DNA of 30,049 bases from a virus (lineage: Duplodnaviria; Caudoviricetes), in IMG/VR virus record IMGVR_UViG_3300044300_002822, positions 1-30,049 of that record; one strand, given 5' to 3'. Position numbers and translations under genes: made by a program. Below, piece after piece: positions 16,566 through 25,384 of this stretch. How positions within the stretch are numbered: the stretch's first letter is position 1; each line of letters starts with the position of its first letter. The notes under the pieces are model-generated. The model ran no database searches. It was not told where the DNA came from and saw only the letters and a list, made by a program, of their open reading frames with translations.

Positions 16566-16662
16566 AGTATTTTTTCTTTTTTTAATTTTTCTTTTATTTA
16601 TAGTTAAAGATAAGTTATATCTATATATATATATCTATAGATAATACACGCATAGGAGGAGG

Positions 16663-17262
16663 TCAGTTTGCCTGCATCTTAATTTCTGCCTTTTTTGCCT
16701 TAAACAGTTCAATAATTTTATCATTATTCTGATAAGTGACAGGCATTGTCCCAAAATATAGTTTCAGTTCTTCCAGTTCATTTATTTCCTGGATCTTGGC
16801 TTTTATCTTTTCAGACTCAGATAACTTTTTCCCCTTCTTTTCCTTAGGTGGAGTCCTTACTTCTGCAGCTTCTCCATCATCATCTTCATCTTCTCCTGCT
16901 GATAGATTGAACATACTCTGCAGTACCTGCCTCTTGGCATATGTAAGAGAACTACCAACTCCCTGGGCAGTTTCTCTCTCCAGCACCAACTCATAACTGT
17001 TCTGGATAAATTCACCTGACTCAGTATCAACAACCAGGGTAACTAAACCCCTTCCTGTTGGAAAATGTGATATAAGTAAACCAATCTTTTTTGTCTCCTT
17101 ATCTATTTTTTTAGTAAGTGTATCTAACTGAATGTAGTCATTACCATAATGAGGATTTTTACCCTCAGGTGTAACAGTACTACCCAGTTCTTTTTTAACT
17201 AAATGCATCTTTTTAAATACTTTAGTGCATGTCTTAGATGTGATAAAATTAGTATCTTCCAT
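16663..17262 (-). CDS. erf: ERF-family single-strand annealing recombinase
   Basis: KNPHY...Y..LD, QGVGSSLTYAKR, EDDDG motifs. Confidence 0.88.
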   Translation of the reverse strand: MEDTNFITSKTCTKVFKKMHLVKKELGSTVTPEGKNPHYGNDYIQLDTLTKKIDKETKKIGLLISHFPTGRGLVTLVVDTESGEFIQNSYELVLERETAQGVGSSLTYAKRQVLQSMFNLSAGEDEDDDGEAAEVRTPPKEKKGKKLSESEKIKAKIQEINELEELKLYFGTMPVTYQNNDKIIELFKAKKAEIKMQAN

Positions 17263-17270
17263 GTTCTCTC

Positions 17271-18134
17271 CTAATAGTCAGTTAATGAAATAGTTTTTAT
17301 GCCTGAAAAGTATCCAGTCATAGTCTTTTTTTTAGCCTCTGGTGCCCTTACATATGTTTTGTAATTCTCCAGTAAATTATAGATATCATCTCTTGCACTA
17401 TTGATATCTTTCTCACTCAATCTGTACACCTGTACAAGATATGGTGAACTCTTTTCCAGTACTACAAACAGGAAGTCATAGTCATCACCAGTCAGGGCTT
17501 TAAGACCATCAATATACCATGCAGCCTGTATGTCATAACGGAACTTTTTTATTGCATATTTAAATGCAACAGGATGTGCAGAAACAGCAGTTTTAAAATC
17601 AATTGCTATCTTTTTATCTTCCAATAGTTTGTCCACCCTAATTGCACCCCTAATACCTGAAATTTCAGGATGATTAAAAAAACCTGATATCTCATTTACA
17701 CCCTTAGATTTCTTAAAAACATTCTCAGTCATAGGGTCATTAAATATGTTATCCCTCCACTTAATTACCTTTGTATAATCCTCCTGGGTTATTAATATCT
17801 TCCCATCTGCTTTTGCTTTTGCCTCACAGTCATCATGTAACTGCCTACCCTGTTTTGTCCTCCTGTCCACTTTTGGCATGACCATATATGTTGCATCAAA
17901 ATTTGCAACCTCAGATCCGGGAGTAACAATAAAATGAGCAAGTGTCCCTAATTTAAGTGCAGGAGTCTCTTCAAATTCCTCCTTATTGAGTAAGTGACTT
18001 ATACTCTGGTCAAGTTTCTTGATATCACTTGAATGGATGTATTTCTCCAGGGTCAGGTATTCCTTAAAAGGCATACCCTGGATCAGGTTCCCCAACTCTT
18101 TTCCCGGAGTTTCTTCATCAATGTAATGCAGCAT
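17271..18134 (-). CDS. RecE-like exonuclease (PD-(D/E)XK, DUF3799-type)
   Basis: SSDIK, GTLAH, DRRTKQG, RVD...DFKT, YDIQAAWY..G, F.FVVLEK; GGAGAG RBS before ATG 18134. Confidence 0.88.
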   Translation of the reverse strand: MLHYIDEETPGKELGNLIQGMPFKEYLTLEKYIHSSDIKKLDQSISHLLNKEEFEETPALKLGTLAHFIVTPGSEVANFDATYMVMPKVDRRTKQGRQLHDDCEAKAKADGKILITQEDYTKVIKWRDNIFNDPMTENVFKKSKGVNEISGFFNHPEISGIRGAIRVDKLLEDKKIAIDFKTAVSAHPVAFKYAIKKFRYDIQAAWYIDGLKALTGDDYDFLFVVLEKSSPYLVQVYRLSEKDINSARDDIYNLLENYKTYVRAPEAKKKTMTGYFSGIKTISLTDY

Positions 18135-18158
18135 AATTATCTCTCCATATAAATGTAA

Positions 18159-18244
18159 AATTAATCCTGCCCTGCGAACACACACCCAGAAGCCCAGAAG
18201 TCAACTTACCAAACTTCTGTTTAAAAAACAGGGCAGGACTAATT
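18159..18244 (-). other. Intergenic structured RNA element (16-bp stem with internal hairpin)
   Basis: AATTAGTCCTGCCCTG pairs with CAGGGCAGGATTAATT (one G-U); inner CAGAAGT/ACTTCTG stem. Confidence 0.6.
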
Positions 18245-18247
18245 AAG

Positions 18248-18571
18248 TCAGAAGATATTATCTTCATCATCATCATTACCACTACCACCACCAGATGGCA
18301 TTATTCTCCAGCATTGAATGGTGTTGTAGTAGTTGCCATTGTTCTCACTCTTTCTCCCTTTCAGGTTCAGAGAGAGATCCACTTCCTGACCCTTCTTATA
18401 TTTATCAAGCAGGTCACACTTATCCTGTACGAGCTCAACTTTAATATGTTCAGGGTAATCAGGGTTAGGGGCATGAAGGAGTATGAACTCCCTTTTTTTG
18501 AACCTGTCAGAAATGACTTGTTCTGGAAATATCTCTTCAATTACTCCAGAGATCTCAATTGGTGTACTCAT
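18248..18571 (-). CDS. DUF3127-family single-stranded DNA-binding protein
   Basis: FKKREFIL, YPEHI..EL.QDKCDLLD, NLKGR, YYNTIQCWRI; G-rich linker and acidic tail DDDEDNIF. Confidence 0.85.
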   Translation of the reverse strand: MSTPIEISGVIEEIFPEQVISDRFKKREFILLHAPNPDYPEHIKVELVQDKCDLLDKYKKGQEVDLSLNLKGRKSENNGNYYNTIQCWRIMPSGGGSGNDDDEDNIF

Positions 18572-18631
18572 ATTTTTCTCCATCAATGGAAAGGGCACAT
18601 CCATGTGCCTTATTAATACTGACCCTCCAGA

Positions 18632-18835
18632 TCAGTTCAATTTCCGGGGTCCATCCCCAGAAACTTTGAATAACTCCACATCCTCTTCCCGGAAAAATCT
18701 GGGACCATTTTTGTGAAGCTGAATTGATTTAATTTTAGAATGAATTTTGCGGAATTGACTTTCAGTCATTCCTAAATACTGGGCAGCATCAGGTGACTTT
18801 AGCCAACCTGGAATAGCTGATCTTGTGGTACTCAT
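18632..18835 (-). CDS. Small helix-turn-helix (excisionase/MerR-like) DNA-binding protein
   Basis: WLKSPDAAQYLGM...RFFREEDV; GGAGG RBS; first gene of the leftward arm. Confidence 0.8.
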   Translation of the reverse strand: MSTTRSAIPGWLKSPDAAQYLGMTESQFRKIHSKIKSIQLHKNGPRFFREEDVELFKVSGDGPRKLN

Positions 18836-18889
18836 TTTTTCCCTCCATAGAAAAAAGTAATTTAGTTACCTAGTTGATAGGCAAATAAT

Positions 18890-18918
18890 ACCTTAAATTC
18901 TTTTTGCAGATAGGTCAA
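18890..18918 (-). promoter_or_regulatory. Sigma70-like leftward promoter
   Basis: TTGACC-17 bp-TAAGGT with an upstream A/T tract. Confidence 0.55.
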
Positions 18919-19047
18919 GCAAATTGTGAACCAGATTAAAAAAAATAAAAGTTTATTTTTTATGTGTAAAACTACAAAAAAACTTCCCCTGTAAGTTACT
19001 GATATAATGTCAGAACAAAAATAATTAAAAAAAAGTGAAAATAACAC

Positions 19048-19080
19048 TTGACAACATTGTGAATATGTGTGAATATATAT
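19048..19080 (+). promoter_or_regulatory. Sigma70-like rightward (early) promoter
   Basis: Perfect TTGACA at 19048 preceded by A tracts; -10 region imperfect (GAATATATAT). Confidence 0.45.
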
Positions 19081-19138
19081 GCATACTAAGAATAACCTTA
19101 GTATGATTATTAATTTAAAGGAGAGAAAAGGAGAGAAC

Positions 19139-19762
19139 ATGAAAGTATTAGCAGGAAACAAAGCATTCCCAGAAAGAACATTAGCCAGTCAGAATATTCT
19201 TGACCTGCTGGAAGAACATGCTTTTAGTGGTTGGGGAACTGGTGGTGGTTGTATAGCCATGAGAAAAGATTATGATTCTGGCATTGCAATGATTATTACT
19301 GACAATGATGCAGGTCTTGATACTCTTGATGAACAAATTCTAATAGGTTTTGATGATGAGAATGGAGATCCTATTGAATTGGAAGGAACATACAATAACA
19401 ATTTTCAACACTCTGAAGCTAATGATATTCTTTCAGAGATTCACAGATTGGAGTCAAATCTTTTAACTGCAATGCCTAATTCAATTGAAACTAATTTTTA
19501 TAACATTCTGGATACAGAAGATTCATGCATGAATTTTTTGCTTTATTTTGATAAGGATCATGCATCTTTTTGTGAGTATGAAGATATGTTTGATTGCAAA
19601 AGAGGGACACCAGAATTCCTTAAAATAATACAGGATAGTGTTCGTAGTTTTTTAAGTCCAGAACATGATTGGTTTACTGATGTAATTGGAGACAAAATCT
19701 CAAGTTGGAATTCTGCCCAAGATATAATTGATGATTACATAAAAATTAAGAAAGGAGAGTAA
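19139..19762 (+). CDS. Acidic early hypothetical protein
   Basis: AAGGAGAG RBS before ATG 19139; 207 aa, D/E-rich, WGTGGGC motif. Confidence 0.8.
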   Translation: MKVLAGNKAFPERTLASQNILDLLEEHAFSGWGTGGGCIAMRKDYDSGIAMIITDNDAGLDTLDEQILIGFDDENGDPIELEGTYNNNFQHSEANDILSEIHRLESNLLTAMPNSIETNFYNILDTEDSCMNFLLYFDKDHASFCEYEDMFDCKRGTPEFLKIIQDSVRSFLSPEHDWFTDVIGDKISSWNSAQDIIDDYIKIKKGE

Positions 19763-19764
19763 AT

Positions 19765-19935
19765 ATGAGTTGGAGAAAAAACATACCTATTGAACAGGAA
19801 ACACATGATGCGGTTGTTGCTGAATTAAATCGTATTGAAGAAAAAGGTCATGGCAGACCACCTATTACTCAATGGGTAAAAAGAGCAATATTTGAAAAAA
19901 TAACTAAAGATAATAATAACGATAAACAATGGTAA
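19765..19935 (+). CDS. Ribbon-helix-helix-like small regulator (56 aa)
   Basis: Manual translation MSWRKNIPIEQETHDAVVAELNRIEEKGHGRPPITQWVKRAIFEKITKDNNNDKQW; strand-helix-helix pattern; GGAGAG RBS. Confidence 0.7.
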   Translation: MSWRKNIPIEQETHDAVVAELNRIEEKGHGRPPITQWVKRAIFEKITKDNNNDKQW

Positions 19936-19944
19936 GGAGAGAAC

Positions 19945-20277
19945 ATGAAAAACAAATCACCAAAAGCAACTGAAAAACTTTTAGCCAGAGCAAAAGAATT
20001 ATGTCTAAAAGCTGAAATTATAGAAAATTCCAGAGGTCATTACAGGAGACATTCTCCTCTTGGCTCAACTTCAGTTCCTCAGAAAGTAATTACAATTGAT
20101 GGCATTAGATTTTCAGTTGGAGGAGCAAAACAATATTTAACTGCAAAAGAAAAGGAGATACCCACACAATCATTTCAGGAAGTCTTAGAAGAAGAAGAAG
20201 GAAGGTTAAGACAAAAAGACCTGAGACAGCATCAGATGTATCAGGATGAAGATCTTAATTATTCAGGTAATCGTTAA
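19945..20277 (+). CDS. Early hypothetical protein
   Basis: 110-aa ORF with AAGGAGAG RBS. Confidence 0.75.
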   Translation: MKNKSPKATEKLLARAKELCLKAEIIENSRGHYRRHSPLGSTSVPQKVITIDGIRFSVGGAKQYLTAKEKEIPTQSFQEVLEEEEGRLRQKDLRQHQMYQDEDLNYSGNR

Positions 20278-20294
20278 TCAAAAAAGGAGAGAAC

Positions 20295-20471
20295 ATGACA
20301 GATTTTGAAGCAGCAATGATTGCTGAAGGAGTAATAGAAGCACAAAGTGAAGAACAGTTAAATGAAGCATGGCAGCATCTAATTGATACTGGACTTGCCT
20401 GGTCACTACAGGGATGGTTTGGGAGATGTGCTAAACAATTAATTGAAGAAGGAATTTGTAAGGAGGCATAA
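20295..20471 (+). CDS. Small early protein (58 aa)
   Basis: Manual translation MTDFEAAMIAEGVIEAQSEEQLNEAWQHLIDTGLAWSLQGWFGRCAKQLIEEGICKEA; AAGGAGAG RBS; TAATG coupling to the next gene. Confidence 0.8.
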   Translation: MTDFEAAMIAEGVIEAQSEEQLNEAWQHLIDTGLAWSLQGWFGRCAKQLIEEGICKEA

Positions 20472-20677
20472 TGGCACATTTACATTTAGTTGAAGATAGT
20501 CATGGTGATGTAGTCGATCAGATTATTTTTTGTTCTGACTTCTGCAACCAGGATTATTGTTTAAGAGAAGGTGTTGACTACCAGGGGTGGTTTGGTTGTC
20601 AGGAAATTTCAATAACTGAACCTTGTGCTAACTGTGAATCAGAAGTGCAGGGGGTAGAACCAAAGGAGGCAGTATGA
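20471..20677 (+). CDS. Small Cys-rich early protein
   Basis: AGGAGG RBS; CSDFC and CANC motifs. Confidence 0.75.
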   Translation: MAHLHLVEDSHGDVVDQIIFCSDFCNQDYCLREGVDYQGWFGCQEISITEPCANCESEVQGVEPKEAV

Positions 20678-20997
20678 AACACATAATCACCTTCATATCA
20701 CTCTGTATCGCACCATTATTGTTTCAGGTGCAACTACATGCAACAGAGTATAAAGTTGTCTGTAAGAGAGTTACAGGGTGTCCTGTAGTCAATGGAACAT
20801 GCCCTACCTGTGAGATAGTGCAGAATGGTAACACATTCCAAAAAGTGACTAATGAACAGATAAGAGAGTGGGGTAAAAGAATGAAGGAAGAGATGAAGTA
20901 TGACTACTCTTCACTTGAAAATGATGACCCCCCTAGAAGATCAAAAGGGTGGGAATGGGATGGTCCTACCTGGAAGGGACTTAGAGTCTTAAACTAG
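20674..20997 (+). CDS. Putative exported Cys-containing protein
   Basis: AGGAGG RBS; signal-peptide-like N-terminus (MKHIITFISLCIAPLLFQVQLHA). Confidence 0.65.
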   Translation: MKHIITFISLCIAPLLFQVQLHATEYKVVCKRVTGCPVVNGTCPTCEIVQNGNTFQKVTNEQIREWGKRMKEEMKYDYSSLENDDPPRRSKGWEWDGPTWKGLRVLN

Positions 20998-23255
20998 AAC
21001 AGTAATGATCTTGTCAGATCACTTGCATAGTCATAGATTTTGGGTGGAGTATCCCAATCCCTATAACCTGGAGAGAGCATGGTTGGTAGTAATGCCGGAG
21101 CCTGTCTCTCTCCTGCACGTTGATTAGCCCACCTTTTTTCTTCTGCTTTTAAATCCCTTAATCCCCTTCTCATATTTTCTGTACCGGGTGCTGTGAGTGT
21201 TCCACCCATGCCCTGCATCTGGCTTTTTACTGCCTGATCCTCTAATGCAGATGATACATCTCCTGCCAATCTTGGTGCTCCTCTTAGTGACTGGATTGTA
21301 TCAATAGTCTTAGTTAATGGAGATGCTTCACCCCGAATGAGTTTTTCAATCTGCTGTCTCTGGAATGTTGGTGATCCTTTCAAGATTTGCTTGTTTAAAT
21401 AATCCATATCACCAATTGTTTTAATCTTCTTGATAAAGTCAAAAGCAACCTCTGGAGTCTTGAATAGATATCTCAGCTTCTCTGGTTCTTCTTCAGAAAA
21501 TAACCTCAATATCTTGGACTCATTTGCCATTGACAGGTTTGTATTTTGAACCTTATTATACATGCCATATGCATATCCCATTCGATATGCTTGCTTCTGG
21601 GAATCAGTAAACCCATTCATGGCCCTTCTCACCATATCACTTGCAACTTTTGTATCCTTATGGTGATTCATTCCAAGATCAAATGCTTTTGAATTTTTGT
21701 GTGCATTCTCCCAGATACCAACAGCTTTTGTATATTCAGGTGATTGTGCTTTTAATTCTTTATTTATTAAATTCCTTAGATTCATCAATTCACCCTCATC
21801 CAGTTTTGCCAGGGTATCACCTTTAATAGTCTTAGTCATTTTTTGGATTTCCTGGTCAAGATATCTCTTGAAAAGGTCATACTGCATAATAGGTACAGGA
21901 CCTCCTGCTTTTTCACCCGGTAATGATAAAGGAACATCAGTACCCCAGGGACCTCTTCCCTCACCTGCATCAATCCCTTTTGACATTTTCTTTTTAACCA
22001 ACTGAGGCATTTTAAATCTCATTTTCTTCCAGGCATTCCTGACCATATCTCCTACATCATCTTTCTGTTGCAGGAGTCTGTTAATCTCTGTTGCAACTTG
22101 TGGAAGGTCAACAAATTTAGGGTCTGCAATATCATAAAATGGTTGGGCAATAACTTTAGCAAATCTTGATATTCTTTCTTTAAATGCTTTTGGATCAGGA
22201 ACTCTCCTGGCTAAATTCTTCTTGATCAGTCCTCTTGCAATCCCTGGGAATTTTTCTGCTCTTTTTGTTAGTGTCTCAGTTGCATCTGCCATAACTGATG
22301 GTGATGCCAGGGTACTTACTTCTGCTGCTCTCTGTACCATCCCCCCAGGTTTTGCAAGATCTGCAATAGTCATTATATCTGAAATTTCTGTATCACCCCT
22401 TTTGATAATTTCATCCAGCAACTCATCAAACTCACTAAGTTCCATGTTGTCCATCTTGGTGGCACTAATAACAGATTGCAGGGATTTCCTGTTACCATCT
22501 ACTCCCTTACTTAAAAGTTTGTTTACTCCATAATCTGCAACACCTCCTGCTGAACCTAAAGGAGCTCCTACCACTACACCAGTTTTTGCATAATCAATTG
22601 CTTTATCTGATTTTAACCTGTCATGTATGTTACCCTCAGATTCTCCAACTCCATACAGGTATCCTTCTATTCCTCCAGTTATTCCTCCAGCTAATCCTCT
22701 CTTGAATAAATTCTTTACCCATTCTCCTGCTACTGGTGCAATTGCAGGTAACTTAGTCAGTAATTTTGCAGTTAAACTGAATGGTATTGTGAGACCTCCT
22801 GCAACCTGTGATGCAGTTGATGGACTCATACCCATAACATTAAGGTCCTTATTTTCTGGAGACTCCCTAAATTTCTTTATCTTACCCTGTACAGTCTTTA
22901 ATTCTTTTTCAAATGTATCTCCACCAGTATTTGATCTTAACCATGCTTCTAATTCATCAGCACTATTAAATGAGATTCCCTGTCCATATTCCCTAAAGAC
23001 ATCCACAAGATAATCAGTAAATTTATCCTGGGCTTTTTCCCTATTCTCCCAATCTTCTTTACTAAGTTCTCCTACAAAAGGGACATCTACTGTAGGAGAA
23101 AACTCCTTCATTTCAGATGGAGGTATCAGGGTTCCTGTTTCTCTCATCCCCTGGAGGTCTACACCCTTATCCTTAAATATCTGGATGATCTCTTCTTCAG
23201 TATGCCCAGAGTCTTTTAATAAATTATAGTTCCTTAATATAGTGCTATTCTTCAT
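20994..23255 (-). CDS. Internal virion / DNA ejection protein (large)
   Basis: About 753 aa; GQGISFNSADELEA motif and Gly/Ala-rich glycine-zipper segments; last gene of the late arm. Confidence 0.7.
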   Translation of the reverse strand: MKNSTILRNYNLLKDSGHTEEEIIQIFKDKGVDLQGMRETGTLIPPSEMKEFSPTVDVPFVGELSKEDWENREKAQDKFTDYLVDVFREYGQGISFNSADELEAWLRSNTGGDTFEKELKTVQGKIKKFRESPENKDLNVMGMSPSTASQVAGGLTIPFSLTAKLLTKLPAIAPVAGEWVKNLFKRGLAGGITGGIEGYLYGVGESEGNIHDRLKSDKAIDYAKTGVVVGAPLGSAGGVADYGVNKLLSKGVDGNRKSLQSVISATKMDNMELSEFDELLDEIIKRGDTEISDIMTIADLAKPGGMVQRAAEVSTLASPSVMADATETLTKRAEKFPGIARGLIKKNLARRVPDPKAFKERISRFAKVIAQPFYDIADPKFVDLPQVATEINRLLQQKDDVGDMVRNAWKKMRFKMPQLVKKKMSKGIDAGEGRGPWGTDVPLSLPGEKAGGPVPIMQYDLFKRYLDQEIQKMTKTIKGDTLAKLDEGELMNLRNLINKELKAQSPEYTKAVGIWENAHKNSKAFDLGMNHHKDTKVASDMVRRAMNGFTDSQKQAYRMGYAYGMYNKVQNTNLSMANESKILRLFSEEEPEKLRYLFKTPEVAFDFIKKIKTIGDMDYLNKQILKGSPTFQRQQIEKLIRGEASPLTKTIDTIQSLRGAPRLAGDVSSALEDQAVKSQMQGMGGTLTAPGTENMRRGLRDLKAEEKRWANQRAGERQAPALLPTMLSPGYRDWDTPPKIYDYASDLTRSLLF

Positions 23256-23257
23256 TA

Positions 23258-24703
23258 CTAATCCCAAGTAAGATTATCTTGAACTTCTTCTTTTTTTGTA
23301 ACTTTTTTATTCCTGTTCAACTTTAATTTTAAATCTTTTCCTGACTCTTGAACTGCAGCTTCTTTCACTTCATTAAAAGCCTGTTTTAAACTCTCTGGTG
23401 CTGCAGAATTATAAAGATCCATTATTCTCTGTCTCCTTCTTGCTTTTCTCTCTACATCAAATGCACTATCTCCGGGAACAGGATACATTATTACCCTGAA
23501 CTGAGTTAATTCTTCTGCCCTTACAGTTGCCCCGGAAAAGAGATATGCAAATCCCTGGGCACCACCCATATAGATTTGTTCTGCAGATCTTGCAGCACCT
23601 GTGAATGGGTTAGCAGGTAGTCCCCTTATCATGTATTGTAACCAATCATCTGCAGATGGTTTTTCTGTTTTTGTGTGATCAAAGTCTGGATACTGTTTTG
23701 CTAATGCTCTTATATCATCTTCTGATTGAATTATCTGACCAAACTTATACCCAGATTTTACAGTTTCAGACCCAGGTAATTTTTCCCCCTGTGACATCCA
23801 TTGTTCAATTGTTGGATCTTCTTTCCAACCCCATTTAGTCATTTGTTCTTCACTTATATTTCTTGACTTACCATATTCCCAGGGTGTTGGCATACCTTCC
23901 AGAGGTCCTGCAAACATACCCATCTTCTCTTTATCTCCATCCTTAACCACTCCCTTAACAGTCTCATGCTGTTGCCTCATCTTGTAATATTTTCTGTAGT
24001 TCTTAGGAGTTACCTGGCTGCCGGGTTGAGTTGCCTTAAATAAAATTCCATCCAGAGTTTTGGAGTCAAGTTTAAGATCACCTGTACTATCAGGTGCAGT
24101 TTTAATTGTAGTCTTATATTGTCCATCCTGAGTAAGATATGAATGCCCAGTAGGGTTGCCTTTACCATCCAGTATTGGTATTGTTTTAACTTCTCCCGGT
24201 TTTGTTTTAATCTGGGAAATAATATTCATGGCTGCAGTTGCTCCTTTATTAGGATCTGCAGCAAACATGTTCTGGAGCATAGGGATAGTCTTTTGGAACT
24301 CTGGAATACCAGTATTATTAATAGACTCTAGAACTGCAGGGAAGTTATCAATCATTCTCTGCTTATCCTGTTCTGCCTGAAGTACTAATTTCTGTTCCTG
24401 TTTAAATTTCTGGTTTTCTCTTATCTGTCTTTCCCTATCTGATAATGCATCAAAATAATCCTTCCTGGAACCCTGAAGGTTCTGAGTAGCTTGTCCATAC
24501 TGTTGCATCCCGGCAAGTCCTGCTCTCCCTAAACCTGAAAGATCAATACCCCCTCCTCCAACCCAGGGACTGACAGAATCATCTGCAAGCAAACTAAGAC
24601 CTGCAGTCAATAACCCCTGAGATACTGGGGATGGTCCAGTAACATATGGTTTCGGATTACCTTCCTTATCTAATGCCCATTCGGGATAACCTAGTAATGA
24701 CAT
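23258..24703 (-). CDS. Internal virion / DNA ejection protein
   Basis: 481 aa; GLLTAGLSLL...LGRAGLAGMQ N-terminus and SGATV...E motif; position in the ejectosome cluster. Confidence 0.65.
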   Translation of the reverse strand: MSLLGYPEWALDKEGNPKPYVTGPSPVSQGLLTAGLSLLADDSVSPWVGGGGIDLSGLGRAGLAGMQQYGQATQNLQGSRKDYFDALSDRERQIRENQKFKQEQKLVLQAEQDKQRMIDNFPAVLESINNTGIPEFQKTIPMLQNMFAADPNKGATAAMNIISQIKTKPGEVKTIPILDGKGNPTGHSYLTQDGQYKTTIKTAPDSTGDLKLDSKTLDGILFKATQPGSQVTPKNYRKYYKMRQQHETVKGVVKDGDKEKMGMFAGPLEGMPTPWEYGKSRNISEEQMTKWGWKEDPTIEQWMSQGEKLPGSETVKSGYKFGQIIQSEDDIRALAKQYPDFDHTKTEKPSADDWLQYMIRGLPANPFTGAARSAEQIYMGGAQGFAYLFSGATVRAEELTQFRVIMYPVPGDSAFDVERKARRRQRIMDLYNSAAPESLKQAFNEVKEAAVQESGKDLKLKLNRNKKVTKKEEVQDNLTWD

Positions 24704-25375
24704 CTAACCTCCATATATATTCATACCCTGATTAATTATCCTCCACCACTCTGGTTTAAGTTTTCTCCTCTTATCCGGGTTAAGTCTATCATCTCTATAC
24801 CACCCAGTTTCTTCATTATCTGGAACCTCTGCTAATAAACCTTGCCCTGGACCCATACCCCCTGCTAATGATGCTGGGGGATTTATTCTCTGATGATCAT
24901 ATCCTTCAGCTATCCCCATCTGATTTGCAGCAGGGAATCTAGGGTAATTTGGTTCTGCCATAGAATTTATACTACCTGAAGCTTTGCCTAGTGAATAACC
25001 CCCTCCATGTATTGCATGATGAGGTGGTAGTTCTTCAGACATACTATCTTGAGCAAGATAATCTGGGGACATACTATGAGCTTGTTTACTCCACATATCC
25101 TGTTGACTTGGGATCTTATTAACATAAGCACCTTCCAGGGGTGATGGTGATGGCATTTGACCCGGACCTTCTTCAGAAAGTAGTCCTCCTGGAATATCAC
25201 CCATTGATTTCTGAACAACCCTGACCATCTGATCAGGAGTTAACTGTTGAGGTCCATACTGATTAATAATATTCTGGTTGCGAGCCTCTTCTAATTTTTT
25301 CTTTTGCAACCATTGTTCAGCAGCATCTCTGCCATGCAGTTGTGCAATGTAATCATATTGTGGATTCCTATTCAT
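24704..25375 (-). CDS. Probable internal virion protein
   Basis: 223 aa, G/P/Q/M-rich, tightly coupled within the cluster. Confidence 0.6.
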   Translation of the reverse strand: MNRNPQYDYIAQLHGRDAAEQWLQKKKLEEARNQNIINQYGPQQLTPDQMVRVVQKSMGDIPGGLLSEEGPGQMPSPSPLEGAYVNKIPSQQDMWSKQAHSMSPDYLAQDSMSEELPPHHAIHGGGYSLGKASGSINSMAEPNYPRFPAANQMGIAEGYDHQRINPPASLAGGMGPGQGLLAEVPDNEETGWYRDDRLNPDKRRKLKPEWWRIINQGMNIYGG

Positions 25376-25384
25376 ATTGTCTCC

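Noticed and set aside
18632-19935. Lysogeny module (integrase/CI repressor)
   Set aside because: Only a small HTH and an RHH-like protein are present; no integrase, att site or S24 peptidase repressor is seen, so lifestyle cannot be called.
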